A stretch of DNA of 64,000 nucleotides from Marsupella aquatica (lineage: Eukaryota; Plantae; Marchantiophyta). The position numbers and the translations under genes are program-made. The stretch is taken from NCBI GenBank assembly GCA_973895155.1, contig OZ316896.1, positions 15,686,576 to 15,750,575 on the forward strand, read 5' to 3'. This document shows, in pieces, positions 38,801-52,780 of the stretch (positions are counted from its first letter, which is position 1; each line of letters begins with the position of its first letter). Under the pieces are notes generated by a model. It saw only the letters and a list, made by a program, of their open reading frames with translations. It was not told the DNA's origin and made no database searches.

Positions 38801-40151
38801 AAGATCGAGCTACTGACGTGGTGGTAGCACTTTTGATCTCCCTGGTTGATTTACCTTGCTACTTGTGTGAGCTTGGTAGTACGTGATTTCAATCAGGACC
38901 TTACACAGAGCTGTGTGACCTTTACTAGAACTAATTTGATGATTCTTTTTCTCGGCCATTCATTGTGACTCTATATGCGTTATAGTGTTTTCAAACTGAG
39001 AGTTTTTAAATCAACTTGAAATATAATGAAAGACGATTTGCGTCACTGGGCAGACTTGTTTACTCTTGAAGGTATGAGACCTAACGCTACAGCCTGTTTG
39101 AGTTCCGGTACACTTCAGTTGTTTTACTTTTGAATTGGCATTCTGCAGGAAGAGAAAAGAATTTTGTATATAGCCACAAGAATTCTCCTGGTCAAGCGTA
39201 CAGAGCTCAGCCAAAGCCAGAGGGGATTGGCTTTGGAGGAAGTTACAGTAAGGAGAGGATTTGGTTAGATGAGGAGTTTGGAAATTTAACTGTGAGACAT
39301 CATGCTGTTGATAAGACGTACCAACCTGGATCTCTGGTCCCAAATCAAGTAAGAAGGCAGTCCCAGCAGTTAAAATAAGTGTGGTCGACTGATGCACCAT
39401 TTTATGCGAAGGCAGCATGTTTGGTGGATGTCAGAGCTATTGGCAAGTATAAGATATTCGTTGTCAATTGTTTAGTGGCAAGAATTTATCTGATGAGACA
39501 TCTCTTAACCATGGAAGATTTCCATATACGAAAAGGAGGTAAGTCTAGGGACTAATTCCAGGATGTGTTCCTGGATGTGCTGCTGGCAGGGTTATACTGC
39601 AACCATTGCAAAAGTTGTAAACATTGAAGTCTGGGGTCTTGGAGGAAAGAATGCTGACGAGGATCAGGCTAAATTCTTGAAGCGGGAAAACTTGTTTACT
39701 GAACAGCGGCGCAAAGTAAGCACTTCAAATCTACTTTTATCAGCTCCCCAGGACACACAGCAGATTTGTTTTGTAATTTGTCATCTGCTGTTGTTGGTAA
39801 CATATCCACTACAGTCGTGGACTGATCTGATTGTCCTCTTCTCTGTATATTCTGCTTCTCATGACCCCTTCCGTTCTTTTGGTTTCTGTCAGTTGGTGAT
39901 GACATGGTTGAAAGGTAGCAAAAGTAACCACTCAATCCTTAGATATTAGAATTTGGTTGATTTACTCCAGCCTCTAAATCTGAAGTTAGTCAACACTTTT
40001 CATTTTAGTACGTTTTTGCTTACGAGTAGCATGGCCGACTTTTTTGTAGGTTGACTTGAAGACAATGTTCGGAACATGGGCGAACTCACCAGAAAAAATG
40101 ATGATGGACATGGTCTCTGATCCAAATGCTCCAGGACGTGAGCAGCAGTAA
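35819..40151 (+). CDS. TLDc-domain protein (plant OXR/TLD family) with putative N-myristoylation; ~576 aa
   Basis: Exons 35819-36013, 36758-37375, 37842-38086, 38261-38505, 39149-39348, 39590-39715, 40050-40151 (1731 nt, in frame). TLDc motifs LLYRSSVHGRGMNRFW, FYGASGSCLFSLDP, GIGFGG..RIWLDEEF and IEVWGLGG; starts MGGAQSS. Confidence 0.93.
37541..37655. repeat. Perfect 56-bp tandem duplication in TLDc intron 2
   Basis: ctgattttttatgtttagg..agctataa occurs at 37541 and 37597. Confidence 0.95.
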
Positions 40152-42067
40152 GGGACTGGCGTAGTATTCCAAATTATTCTAAGTCGGTGTACCAGTCAGT
40201 TGCATCCAGATCTTTCGGAGTTGGAACCTACTCATCTTGCACTTTCGAGAGATATTTCTCCTAATTATCTCCATGCGGTGTATTCTAACCTGAATCCAGT
40301 TTCCCACGCTCATTTTGGGAACCATCCAAGTATCAACAAAATAAGCTCCAAAGTAAGCATCCCTCCAATCTTCTACCATAGCCCGCTGGTATGCAGAGGA
40401 TGGGTGCAACATTTCATAAATGTATACATTGTAAAATTGTCATTAGTATTAACTTCAGTGCGTGCTCCTATTTGGAGACCACTGTCGGGACCATGTCTGA
40501 AGTAGTTTTTAATCACTTTCAAATTGACTGGATTTATCAGTGTACATGAGATAGTAGCTACCTAGTTCGTTTGAACTTCTATATCTTCTCTGTAGGTGTT
40601 TGGTGTACTACGAAGGACGAAGTGAGACATGAGATTAGGTGGACTAGGTGGCACACTGAAAAGAAGCCCAAAGCAAAGATAACAGTTTTCTGCAAGAGGG
40701 CTCTTCGGTCTTCCTGGTTTTTCTTCTTTATTGGGTCTCCTGCCTTTGGGAACATGTCTCAGTAATTGGTCATTCTCCTGGGTTGGAGCATTTTGTTCTT
40801 TGTCAATGTGTTATATATTGTGACATTGCAACTGGTCATGTATGTGATTCTATTTGTAGAAGATTAAGAGTCAAAGCTCATAGCAACTCTGACATAGTAC
40901 GGTTGTCATGGGTGGAGAAATAGTTTACCATTTGAATTGTCTTTACGCTTCCCTTTATATTCCTAGCTTTCCTGGGTGGACTTCTTGTGAATTTCCCATA
41001 GCCGTACATAACTTCGTGGGAGCTCTGACCAATATTCCTGATTACAAAAGAGGGTTCTACAAACAAATCATTGCCAGTAAAGAAAAATGAATTTTAGTTC
41101 TTTCAAGTTCTTTTCGTCCCTTCACTTACTTCAAGGGCGTCAGAAAGGGTTTATAAGGAAAGCCCAAAGTATCTCTTCCTCCAATCAGCCACCCTTATGT
41201 TTACTGCAGAGGACAATTGTGAAGTTTGCCCTACCCTCTCAAGACAGATGCCTGGGACTAAAAAGCCTCCTCTGCTTTGGTCCTACTCCATTGTGTGGCA
41301 ACATGTCAACACTCAAGTTCCTGCATTGATGTTGTGGGGAGGTGATGGTGAGGGACCATTGAAATGGTATATCTAGGTTCCAGTGGTTCATCCAAGTTGT
41401 TGGTCAAACAGTGTGGTTCCTTCTAGGCGTAAGTATTTGGGAAACCTCTTCTATAAGTATTATTCTATATTGAATAGAATCCGCCTAATTTCTTTCCTGT
41501 GGAGGTGGATAAAATTGGTAGCACCAAAGATCAATATTTGATTGGTTCAAATGCCCAACTTTCATAAGTACACATTTCAAGTGGAAAGTAACAAAAGTAA
41601 CCAAGTTTTGAGTGAGTAGAGTGAACCAGGGGGCAATGCCTTTACACACGGTTGGTCAACATGTCCAAATCCCACTGGGCACATGTGTCAAACACTAATA
41701 TTAAAACTGTAATATTTGCCTATTGTAAATGTTTAACGAGTTTTTGTGCACATTGTGGGAACAGTGATCCAGACAACGTGTCTTTCGATTTGCCCTCGTT
41801 ACATTCTTGGTAAGGGGGCATTGCATCATAAGTGTACGGCCATTGGACGGGTACAATTTTGCTGACTCTACTCCCTAATCAGGTAGGGAGGGCCTAGAAA
41901 CCACAGCCAACAAAGGATTCGAGGTACTTGACAGTGTCAAAGATCAGACAGATTGTAATGTGTTCATATTGGTGTGCATCAACCACACAACTCAGGGTTT
42001 CTGACGAAGAGGCAGTTGCCTTCAATGTGTTGAATGTGACCCATTGTTTACTATTGTATCCCACAAC

Positions 42068-42362
42068 CTAGTCGAAATTATTAACCTGCCCAAAAAAATT
42101 ATCTAATGAGATTGACTTCCATTGTGTTATGTATATTGGCTTAAATCAATGAGACTAATCTATGATGGCTCTTGATTCACCCATGCTGACCCCCTCCAAT
42201 TACATTTTCATCCTGTAACTAGTCAAAATTACTAACTTGCCGGAAAAAATTATTTAATGGTGAGATTGACCTCCATTTTGTGTGTGGATTGGCTTAAATC
42301 AATGAGACTAATCTATGATGGGTTTTCTGTTAACCCTCTCCAACCATATTTTCATCCTGGAC
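42068..42362. repeat. Diverged ~150-bp tandem duplication
   Basis: ctagtc.aaatta..ttggcttaaatcaatgagactaatctatgatgg occurs twice. Confidence 0.8.
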
Positions 42363-43909
42363 AAGCCCATCCAACACCCACTGAACCATGGGTGTCAACT
42401 AGTGTCTACAAGCATAGACTATCACATTTTGGTCCTCCTCATTTCATCAACTTCTCCCGTTAAGAGGGTTAGCTTGAACAAATTATTAACTTTCATGTGT
42501 CTATGTACCAATTGTATGCCATCTCACATAAGTCTACTCTCTGGTTAAGTCAACCAAAGTGCACAATGGGGGCAACTTAAATTAAATTTGGGGACAATTA
42601 AATTAAATTTGGGGACAATTAAATTAAATTTGGGGACAGGACAGGTAGAACAGGTATGAACAAACGAAAACCAAATATGAGAGAGCGTAGCTGCCATCCT
42701 TCCAAAGTTTGAAAGAACGAACTTCACGAGGTGCAATATCTCGTTACTCTTGCAAGGGGGCAGCCCACAGTCTAAACATTGACCGAGACAAGATTTCTAT
42801 ATTAGCAACGTGCTATAATTTGATGTTACTAATGATGGTGTTGACCTGTACTCTACAAATGCCCTACACACAATGAAATAGGTCACATAGGGCGTGCAAT
42901 GTCTGCCCTAGCCCAAACGTTTCTAGCAGTGCATAATGGTGACCAAATTTAACATAGGGACTCAATTTCTCCTTGCATACGCAGATGAATCTATGATCCA
43001 ATCAGGAGAATGCCTCTACGGCCATGGATCTGACGGGCACTCTTGAGATATTCACTTTGGAGGTGGATTGGAGTGGAGAATGTGACAATGAAGCTGCACG
43101 CAGTTACAATGAGCAGTCCTCAACGACAGTGAAATCGACTCCTTATCTATAGCAACACAATGCTCCACCAGTGGCTCCTGATCTAAGGAAAGCCTAGTCG
43201 TTGCTGTGTAGCTCCATTACCAAAGTTCACATTAATGATCCAGTATTCGTGGTACACATAAAACTCCCCCGCTCACAACTGCCATGATAAACGTGTACAA
43301 ATCCGAACCCACTTGCCCTGGACATATCTGGGTACCGCCAGGTGATTGTTGCAAATAATAATATTCAAAACACGCCATACACAAGATGGACTACTCTGAG
43401 AAGTAATCTTCGTGATCATTCTACCTTCACATTCAATTTCTATGTACAGTTCGAGAAAACCTTCACAAAGAGCAGACGCTCCAAGTAAATGACCCAAAAA
43501 ACAAAGAGAGCTTCAAGCACTAAATCTTAACGTTTCTGTCTAGCATGAGTTCTCACCCATCCTTACGGAGCAAAAATGTTATGAGTTTCACATGGAATCA
43601 TTCTGGAAGAACGAGGGATTAATAATCCTAACCTTCCACTGAAAACGGTTATCACCTCCTATTCAAAACAGCATACTCGTCACTGCAACTCCCTGTTCAC
43701 AGAAGAATCTGGAGCACCTTGCTCCTTGGCGTTCATATACATGAGAGCTGCAAGGTCTAGTGTGTTCTGTTTACGTCCCTTGCTCCTAGAAACTCCTCCT
43801 AAAATGACCTAACACCCCCATCCTCGCCATTCCAGCTTCTTTTACTGGCGTTTCACGAGATGACAGGTTCTATTATTTCGCCTTGACAAATATGACCACG
43901 TTCAATTTT

Positions 43910-46256
43910 TCATACCTTAATTTCCTCCTTTGCAGCTCTTCCATCGGGAGTATTTGAACTTTGCTCCACCATAGGGAACGGAGAACTTCGATCTACATTG
44001 GGATATGCAGAACTTTGACCCCCACTTGGCTGTGAAGAGCTTTGACTCGCACTAGCCCCATACGCGTCCATGACAGCCATCAGATCATAATTATCTGTTT
44101 TGGGTACTTTGATTTCCAAAAGTCGGTCCACAGGAGTTCGGCAGATAGGGCAGCGGTTGGTTTGGAACTTTAATACTTTCGCACACTCACTGCACATGCA
44201 CTGGTACATCCACAATACAATACATAATGTTAGAGAACTACAGAAAGAGAGCACAAAGAAGGCTACTGGGGAAGGAACTCAGGTCGACAAAAAACACACG
44301 GCTGTACCACTCGGAGTTCCGTAAAACAAGCAGAAAATCAAACGCTCATTGAACCCTTCATTGAACCCTTCCTTGAAAACCAAGAATTTCCAAAGAAGGA
44401 AGCTGAACACAAGAATTTACCATATGACGACATGGTAATACAGTTGTATCTCTGGGCTCAGACATGCAGATGACGCACTCCTTCCCTGCATCGTTGTCCT
44501 CAAAACCCGCACCAACTCCACTGCTCTCAATACCATAAATCTCTTGAAGCTCGTAGTATTTTCCATCAACCCAGAGGGTTTGCCTAACCACTCTGACCTT
44601 ATAGGTCCCGTCCTCCTTTTTCTCTATTACAGCTTGTGTTGTTTGACAATGTACCCACTTCGGTACAGGTGCACCAATTGGAAGCTCATCATACAATGAA
44701 AAATTTGCTGGCGGATCCTTCCCTAATGTTTCTGTTCTGACAACCAAGGGATAAATAGAATCTTGTCCTTTTGCGAGCTCTCTGTCATCGAACAACGCCA
44801 AATTCACCCCAGATCCTGAGGGTTGTTGAAACTTTTGGACAAGCCCTTTCTCAAAAGGCACACGCGCGACTGTGAATAGATGTGGCTTCTGTGGAGTGAA
44901 GCTGCATTGGTCCTCCTTGGAAAAGAAAAAAATGCTGACACTGCACCCGACATACGACAACGAGGAGAAGTCAGTGAGGACACCAATCATTAACAACATC
45001 AACAACAAGAATGTTCAGTCACACATTTTGAAGGTCGTTTCACTTCAGTAAACAGGGTCAGGTCGACGCTGGCCGACAATTAGCACGAATCATAGACTTC
45101 TACACCCTCCCGTCCGCTAGCAGCAAGTACTGTGATCACATCGGCCTACATACATATCAACAACACACGACAGCAGGTACCAACTCGGAACAAAACAGTT
45201 TGCCTGTCCATTGTACTTGACTCGTTGCTTAAGGTCTTCTTCCAGAAAGTGGGGGGACACCGGACACCGTGGCAATGAAGGCCGGACCTGAGGGGTCCAG
45301 TTGTTTGTCCATCTCTGCCCAATTCACTAATTCTTCCCAACTGTTTCCATCTCTGCCCAATTCGCTAATCCCAGACAAGAGACGACACAGAAACGAGAGA
45401 TCCACATATTGTGTATAGTGTCCAAAGTAATCAACTTGCTCTATTTGGGTTTCACTGATTCATTCTTTGGGCATGAAACTCCAGCCACAACGCGACGGTG
45501 GTGAAAAAGGTAAAGCTACGACGACAACTAGCAGATTGAGGCCCTGAACTACTCGCTATAGTAACGACAAATAATTCTGAAAGGCAGCGACAAGTAACAA
45601 GACTGAAAGACACGAGAATGATGACCATCCCTATCACTTAGCCCTCTGTTCCTTCCAGCTAACTTCTTCGACTGAATTACATCATACAACTCGAATTTCA
45701 ATCCAGTCTCGAAGTTAATTTGATACTCTGTCCGCAATCTCCTAACAATTAAAAAACAAACCTCAAACACCAGAAGTACGTACCAGCCATCAACAGTGGC
45801 ATCGAAGGAGAAAGCCACCAGATGACAGGAGGGATTTTCCTCATCCTTTTCAAGCCGAACAGATGCTTTCTTCAAATTTACATCATTCCGAATCGTGTTC
45901 GCTTTCTGAGTCTCCGCGATCGGAGGCGGAGTGCGTGCTTGAGGTGCCGAGGAGTTCGGGGGCCCGGGCCGGAATCCCTGGGATTGTGGGTTCATCATGT
46001 ACTGTCCGTTACTTGGCATGTATCCGTGTTGGTAGAACTGCGGCGGTACCATGGGCGAAGACATCGCCCCGTTGTAATTGGAAGGAGGGAATAAATATGC
46101 CGAATTGTGCCCGTTTGAAGGATAGTGCGCAGGGCCGATGTAGGGAGCATGACTTCCTGGATAGCCCGGTGGCGGGGGTACCATTCGTGGAGGAGGAATG
46201 GGGTTCTGGTTGTGCTGTATCCGTCCATTTCTCCGACTACTTGGGCCGTTTCCCAT
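43910..46256 (-). CDS. LOG2: RING-HC E3 ubiquitin ligase, LOG2/LUL (MGRN1-like) family; ~427 aa
   Basis: Exons 46256-45784, 44940-44421, 44200-43910 (1284 nt). MGN start, Pro-rich region, DAR2-type segment ([20 protein letters not shown]) and [44 protein letters not shown]. Confidence 0.95.
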
Positions 46257-46616
46257 CTAGTCGGTTATTGCACTAGTCCCCCCCAAATCAAATCGAACCC
46301 AATCCTGTGAAGTTGAGACCAGTTCGACAACTGTGAGGAGATGGTAAAATATACAAGCGGTGTGATACGTCTGATCAACCTCGAATCAGAGTCAAACCCA
46401 GATCAAACCACTGATCACGTGAAGGATACTTGACGATCAGGAAATGTGAAAGGACGAGCCCAAAAGGCTGGCAGAAAGCTTATCCACCCATACTTCGATT
46501 CCGCCCTCCTTATTCTCAACCTGAACAAGGTCTCATGTCCGTCATCCTCCTCTTCACGATCCAAATTCTCCGCAATCCGACCGACAATTCTGAAAACTTC
46601 TCACGATCCCTAATCC

Positions 46617-46621
<5 letters not shown>

Positions 46622-46668
<47 letters not shown>
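46622..46668. repeat. (TC)n microsatellite in the LOG2 5' region
   Basis: Uninterrupted dinucleotide run. Confidence 0.97.
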
Positions 46669-46671
<3 letters not shown>

Positions 46672-47484
46672 AGACCACAATCAATTGAAGAGACCACACT
46701 GAATTGACGAGCCCGTGGGCAGACTATTCGAAGCAGCGAACACCAAGACCGCGTCCTATTTGGCAACTCGCGAAGCCTCCTTGTGTCCGGGCGACGAATC
46801 CCCTGCAATTCCAGCCTGCTTCCTGCCAATTCACTTCGTGCACTCCGACACAACCTTGCTACTGAAGCAACCGAACCGAACAGAACCAGACCACAGCACA
46901 GCACCAGGAAAGCCAACCACCGTAGGAGGCCACTCCCACCACGGCAGGCGCTTCCGAAACCCGCAAAACAACAGTGCTGCCTGCTGTCCCTAATCCATCC
47001 GCGAAAACTTTCAATTGCCCTTAAATTGAGGTCCTCTCCCACCCGTACAACTGTCTGAAAGCAATCAGTCAATGAACCTAACCACCAACCACCACCACCC
47101 CCGCCACCGCAGAAGTAGCACAGAACGGGAGAGAGTTAGAGAGAGAGAGAGAGAGAGAGTGTTAAAGGCAGAACCCTCGGAGAAAAAATAAATGACGCGA
47201 CGACCACCGCGAGAAGAGGAAGATGGTGAGTATGACTTCCTTCGATTATTCGCTTCCCCTTTCGAGAAAGGATGCGATCCACCGACGATTTCTTCGCGTG
47301 GAGCACGGCCTTGCTGCGTGCGAGGAAGGAATGGGAATTGGGAGCGAATCCAACGGAAGGGAAAGACCGATTACGATAAGGAGAGGAGAGGAGAGAAGAG
47401 AAGAGGGGAGGAGAGACGAGAAGAGTGGAGACGACAACAAGTACTGTACTTTCTGCACACACAAACGAAGACGAAGCTGACGGT

Positions 47485-48150
47485 GACTAGGCTCGGCAAC
47501 ACTACGGTAGGCTCGCACATGCCAAGGCTGACACAGACAAGGCTCCGACACCTAAGGCTCAGGGAAGAGTTGCATGGCGCCCTCACCCTCACAACCCAAA
47601 GAAGTTTTGTACTACTGCAGACCCAAAAGAAGAAGTAAACTAAGACTGGGACTAGGCTTGGCAACTCTATAGTAGGCTTGGACATGCCAAGGCTGACATA
47701 TACAAGGGTGCCACACCTAAGGCTCAGAGAGAGAGGTTCCATGACACTGTCACCCTCCCAACCCAAATCAGTGTTGTACTACTGCATACCCGGAAGAAGA
47801 AGAAAAAGAAGACTAGAACTAGGCTCAACAACACTATGGTAGGCTTGGACATGCCAAGGCTGACATACACAAGGCTCAGAGACCTAAGATTCATAGAATT
47901 GTTCCATGACACCCTCATCCTCACAACCAGAAGAAGTATGTAGTACTGCAAACACAGAAGAAGAAGAAGAAGAAGAAGAAGAAGAATACCCGGACTAGGC
48001 TCGTCAATATGGTAGGCTTGGAGATGCTAAGGTTGAGATGTACATGGCTTTGACAGGGCTCAAGGATTGGGTTCCATGACACCCTCACCTTCACAACCTG
48101 AAAGAAGTGTCGTACTACTAATGCAGACACCGAAGAAGACAAAGAAGAAA
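47485..48150. repeat. Diverged tandem array, ~165-176-bp unit x4, each ending in an (AAG)n tract
   Basis: actaggct..ggtaggctt..atgccaaggctga..accctcaccctcacaacc..gtactactgca..gaagaag starts at 47485, 47650, 47817 and 47993. Confidence 0.85.
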
Positions 48151-50847
48151 AAGAAAAGATTCTCTCTCTCACTCTTCACATGTACTTTTTCATGAACTAT
48201 GGATCCTTTAGGAGTTCTCCATCGTGATGTAATGTGAGATTGAGTGCTCTCAAGTTCTGCATTGTTGTCTAGTCTGCAACCAACAGTTTCTTACAAGTGA
48301 TATCGGAGATTCGTATTTTGTGACAGAGCATGGTGGAGTCAGACCCAATGACAATTGTTGTAGAGGTAGTGTGTTCTATGTATTTCCCAAAAGACCCGAT
48401 GACAACTGTTGTAGAGGTAGTGTGTTTTATGTATTTCCCAAAAGCACGCCCCAAAGGGCCTAGTTAAACATTGAATCCATCTTTGTCATCAGTAGAGTCC
48501 TGAAGATGTAGCACTGGATATTTATGTGACAGGCCATTCCAATCTTGACCTTTGGCAGATTTGAGGTTAATGTGTACTCAAATGACCTTGTGTCACAGTT
48601 TGGACATAATTTAGTCAACAATTGAAATTTGGATGCAGGTGTCCAAAGCTCTCAACATGTGGCTTAGGAGCATGTCCAGTGGTCAAGTTGTAGCTATATC
48701 AACCAATCAACATAGCAGGTTCAGTGGGGTCTCAAAACTAGTCTTTTGGTCCTTTTTCTTGAAAAAACTCACAAACACTAATCCCGACTCACAAACAAAT
48801 TTTAAATATTTTTGTCATTGATAAATCATAGACTATGGCTTTTAGCAAGTTCTGGTAATATCATGACTCTGCAGTGCTAGCATGACTACTTGTGCATATT
48901 AACAAGAAGATCTTCTTGCCCAGAGAGCCATGACTTTGTGGTAACTCGATCACTTGAGTAGAGACTGATAGGTCTTGGGTTCAACTATTGTGGCTGACTC
49001 TTCCCTTTTTGTGGGGTTCCACAAATTTCCCCTTAAATTTTCTTAATTTTTTTAAAACAAAATAACAAGAATATGTCCTTGTACCCATACTCCCAATGCC
49101 GGCATCTTGACTTATAGACATATTTTAAAAATTGTATGTTGTTGATAAATCATAGACTGTGGCTTTACCCTAAGAAGTTATCACGTACAATAAACTTCAA
49201 TCCTGAATTATAGTGGAGATTTCCTGAAATTGTGGAGGTGACTAGCATAGTAGAGGAGGGCATTGGCTGGCAAGTGAAAAATGAGTGAATGTTGTGGACA
49301 CTTCTCTCTTTAAGAGTGGTAGTGATGGACTTCAGCCCTGTATTTTCATTGAAGGATATGCATCATAATATCCTCCCTAGCCTAGCCATACTAATTACCC
49401 TGATGTATATTTTTATTGGTGTAGATCAGGATCATAATTTCTCCTAAGCATTGTTTGTCCAATATTGACTCATTGAGATTCACTCTGTAATCCATTTCTC
49501 TTCAAGGGTGATGGCCTGTAGCACCCTTGAGTTGGCCACCCTTGGAGTTACAACCCCATAATCCCCGCCAGAGGATGTGGTAGCCCATATATACAGACTT
49601 TTGTGATGTGTTCATTTGTGTTTTTTATTGCATAATTAATTTTCCATATAACCTCCCTTTTTTTCCTTTTTTAAGGGAGCACGGCCCAGGAAACTTTATT
49701 CAGGAATATCGGGGCAAAAAGAGTACATCTGCCTAGAAGAGGAGGTAGAGAATCGGACTCACCCAGAAAACAATTAATGGGGGCTAAGAGAGCGAGCACA
49801 CCCATAGAAAATAAGGGGGGGACCTCCCAACCGGACTGCCAGGGAGGGGCAAGTGGAAGGTGGCAAGGAGGGCCCCCAAATGGATAGAAGGAAAAAACAA
49901 AAATTGCATGAACTAGAGCCAACAAACAAGTCCGGTATCCGCCAGAAGTCATGTTGAGCAATGCCAATCAACTTCTCCACTGGTTGACCACCCAAAATCA
50001 ATCATCAGCCAATGTTCATGAACCACCTTCCTTGTTGTGTCTTATCTTTGCCTTGATCTCCAATATAATTGTTTGTATGGTCAGGGCTCAACATCTGCAG
50101 GATCAGACTTGAGAACCATCAATCAGCCGCCATCCTGTATTAGAGCCTGGGAGTAAGAGAAAATCATCTCACTCCTAGCCATCTGATCTCAACACTGCAT
50201 CCTCTCGCCAATAGACATTCTGTTGAGCATGGTTCCACTGATGACTGGAATGCCATGAGATCCGTGGAATATAATTGTTTCAATCCCCAGACTTGTCGCC
50301 CTAGATACCAGTAAGAATGGAAAGCATGGACATTGGACAAGTATATGATTAGGCTGTTGGGGGGCCATGCAGAGGGTGTGTCAAGCCTGTGGAGAAGGTA
50401 AAGGCTAGCCATCCAATAGAGTATCTAGGCAAATGACAGATCTGAGAGTGATGCCAAAAGAACAAGATAGAGGGATGATTATTCCCCCAAAGTCCATAAT
50501 CCTCAAAAAACTATATATATTTATGTATCCCATGAGACCAAGAGAGTGTCCATGGGAACCAAATCTACTTTATCATCGGCAATGACTATAGTTATCACCA
50601 AAAATATTTGATAGCTAAGAATGTATCAAACCGAATTGCCATTGTGGTGAAAATCTTCAGATCGAGTACATAAATCATCCATAGCAAAGGAATAAGACGA
50701 TTAGAAAATGCCTGAAGGCCCGTGAGGAGGATTGAACAAACATGAACCCTAGAAATCCACGAACAACAGTCTGGAGTCAAAATCCGGGTCCAAGGAAGTA
50801 TCCAATACCAAACAAACTCTTCCCCATAGGGAGGGCACACCAAACCA

Positions 50848-51017
50848 AATCCTTGATCATGCGACATATAACTATCACTATAAATCATAATTGTAACTCC
50901 TACTGTAGTTACTAGGATTAGCATAATAGAAGTCAAAGAATCGACCAAATAATCTATTTATAATATAATATTCTTATTAGTAATCCACGACCAAAAAAAT
51001 TGATGAATTGGACTCCC
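50848..51017 (-). pseudogene. ndhF: Nuclear plastid DNA insertion (NUPT): fragment of ndhF
   Basis: Translates [55 protein letters not shown], matching the NdhF signature WSW..YLIDPLTSIM..YSDxYMSHDQG. It has one in-frame stop and unrelated flanks. Confidence 0.88.
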
Positions 51018-51999
51018 AAAGTGATGTATGGGGCCACCCCCCAAGCAGAGCATGATGTTGGATAGCAGCAAAAGAAAAGCAACCGGTCACAAAAGGATCA
51101 GTTTGCTAAGTGATGTCGTGCGCATACACATCGCTACACAACATACATCACTTGTCACACACATCCAAACATATCCACAATGCAGCATCACAAACACAAG
51201 AGAATGGAATATAAGTGGAACTCATGTCCACACATGTCTAAAACCCATAATAATCTCAATAGAATCCAAACAATAATCAACGCCAACAATCCGCACTCAA
51301 TCCCGTCCGATCTGATCACACACATATGTCGAGCCAACGCACCTTGCAATCAAGGAATCCACGCTACATAGAGAGACCTCTCAGCCACCATAACCACCAT
51401 ACAAGCTCCCCTCTCCAAGGCTCAACATTGAAAGATAACCTTTCAATGCCTCACAAGAGAGAACTGCCCTCTCACACAAACCTAATGGAACCCTATTGGC
51501 TTCAATAGCACACATACAAAACATACATACTCAACTAGCACTATATACTACAACAACATCTAGAATGGTGTGATAGTGATGATGGGACAAAAGGAGTATG
51601 TGATAAATGAGAGGGAATCCAATGAACTATACAATATGAATAGGGGGCAAGAAGGTTTTGTTAGACTAACAACAAGGGAAGGTTGAAAAATGAACAAAGA
51701 AGCGACCAATGGCTGGTCAAAGACCCCGAAAGAGGTGTGTATGAATGTATAGAGTGTAAAAGAGAAAATATCAAATAGAAGAACCATGAACAAACGGATC
51801 TGAGATGATTTTTTCTGCGTAGTATAGACGCATGTTTTGTTTTGCAAAGTCAAACAAATAGCAACTGAGTGTATATGTTGGACAGCAACGGATAAAGCAA
51901 CAGTTGGGGAGAAAACAACAAATTAGCTTTGAAACAAACGGAGATTATAATTTTTCCAAATGAGTCATACAGTTTCATATATTACAAATAACCAAGCTG

Positions 52000-52780
52000 A
52001 GTGTCTAGGAGAGTACCCGAGAGCCGAATCCAGGGTAGACATGAGGGAGTAGCCACCCAAATATGAGATAGACCTCCCAAAGACATCTCCAGCAACTCTG
52101 CCAGATCTGTTGAGAGTCAACAATTCCCTAACAAGCATTTAGCGAGCAGATGTTGTCGGAAGATTGGTCTAACAATTTATAAGCAAAAATGTTGCTAAGA
52201 AGACGTGGAAATTGGTGATTTTAGTGACCTCTCCAGAACCATTGAGGTTGAATAAAAGCTATAGAACGAGATGAAGGCGGACCAGACTGAAGTTGCAAAA
52301 TCATGTTAGTTAAAAAAGCAAGATCAGATTCCTCAAATCCTCTTAGCCGAGCAATTATAGGGGAAAAATCAATCCATGTTTGAGAGGTCCAATTCCATAA
52401 ATCAGAAACAAACTGAATATTAATGCGAGAACATGTCGTGAAATAATAGGTGTTGCTAGAGAGGGATGGTAAGAAATCGGAACAATTTGTTTAATAGGTC
52501 CACCATACTCCATCTAGCTGGGATTGCAAGTGAGGTAGATGACCAGAGACAGTTGCTTCAGATCGATGCCCAAGCATTCCAGATACCCTCAATGTAGATG
52601 GATGGAATAGAGAATAGGAATCAGTTCATAGTAGTGTATCTCAAACTTCTGAGCATAATTGAATTTTTCCAAGCAGCCAGCCAAAGGTTAGCTAAAAATA
52701 GAATCGCCCAGTCTGAATCTGGGTCCAAGATCATACGTACCGACCATCTTGCGAGCAGAGCCGTGGCTTGAGGAGAGGAT
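52000..52780 (-). mobile_element. Degraded LINE (L1-like) ORF2 remnant
   Basis: PQATALLARWSVRMILDPDSDWAILF resembles the post-RT ALLxKW..P.S.W motif of plant L1 elements. Many stops follow; boundaries are approximate. Confidence 0.5.

Noticed and set aside
46430-47766. Overlapping 85-172-aa ORFs upstream of LOG2
   Set aside because: Low-complexity translations of GA/CT tracts and repeats in a UTR/promoter region, with no protein-like motifs.
50595-50948. Functional 117-aa NdhF-like ORF
   Set aside because: Only the first ~33 residues are NdhF; the rest is unrelated flank, and the upstream NdhF part contains a stop.
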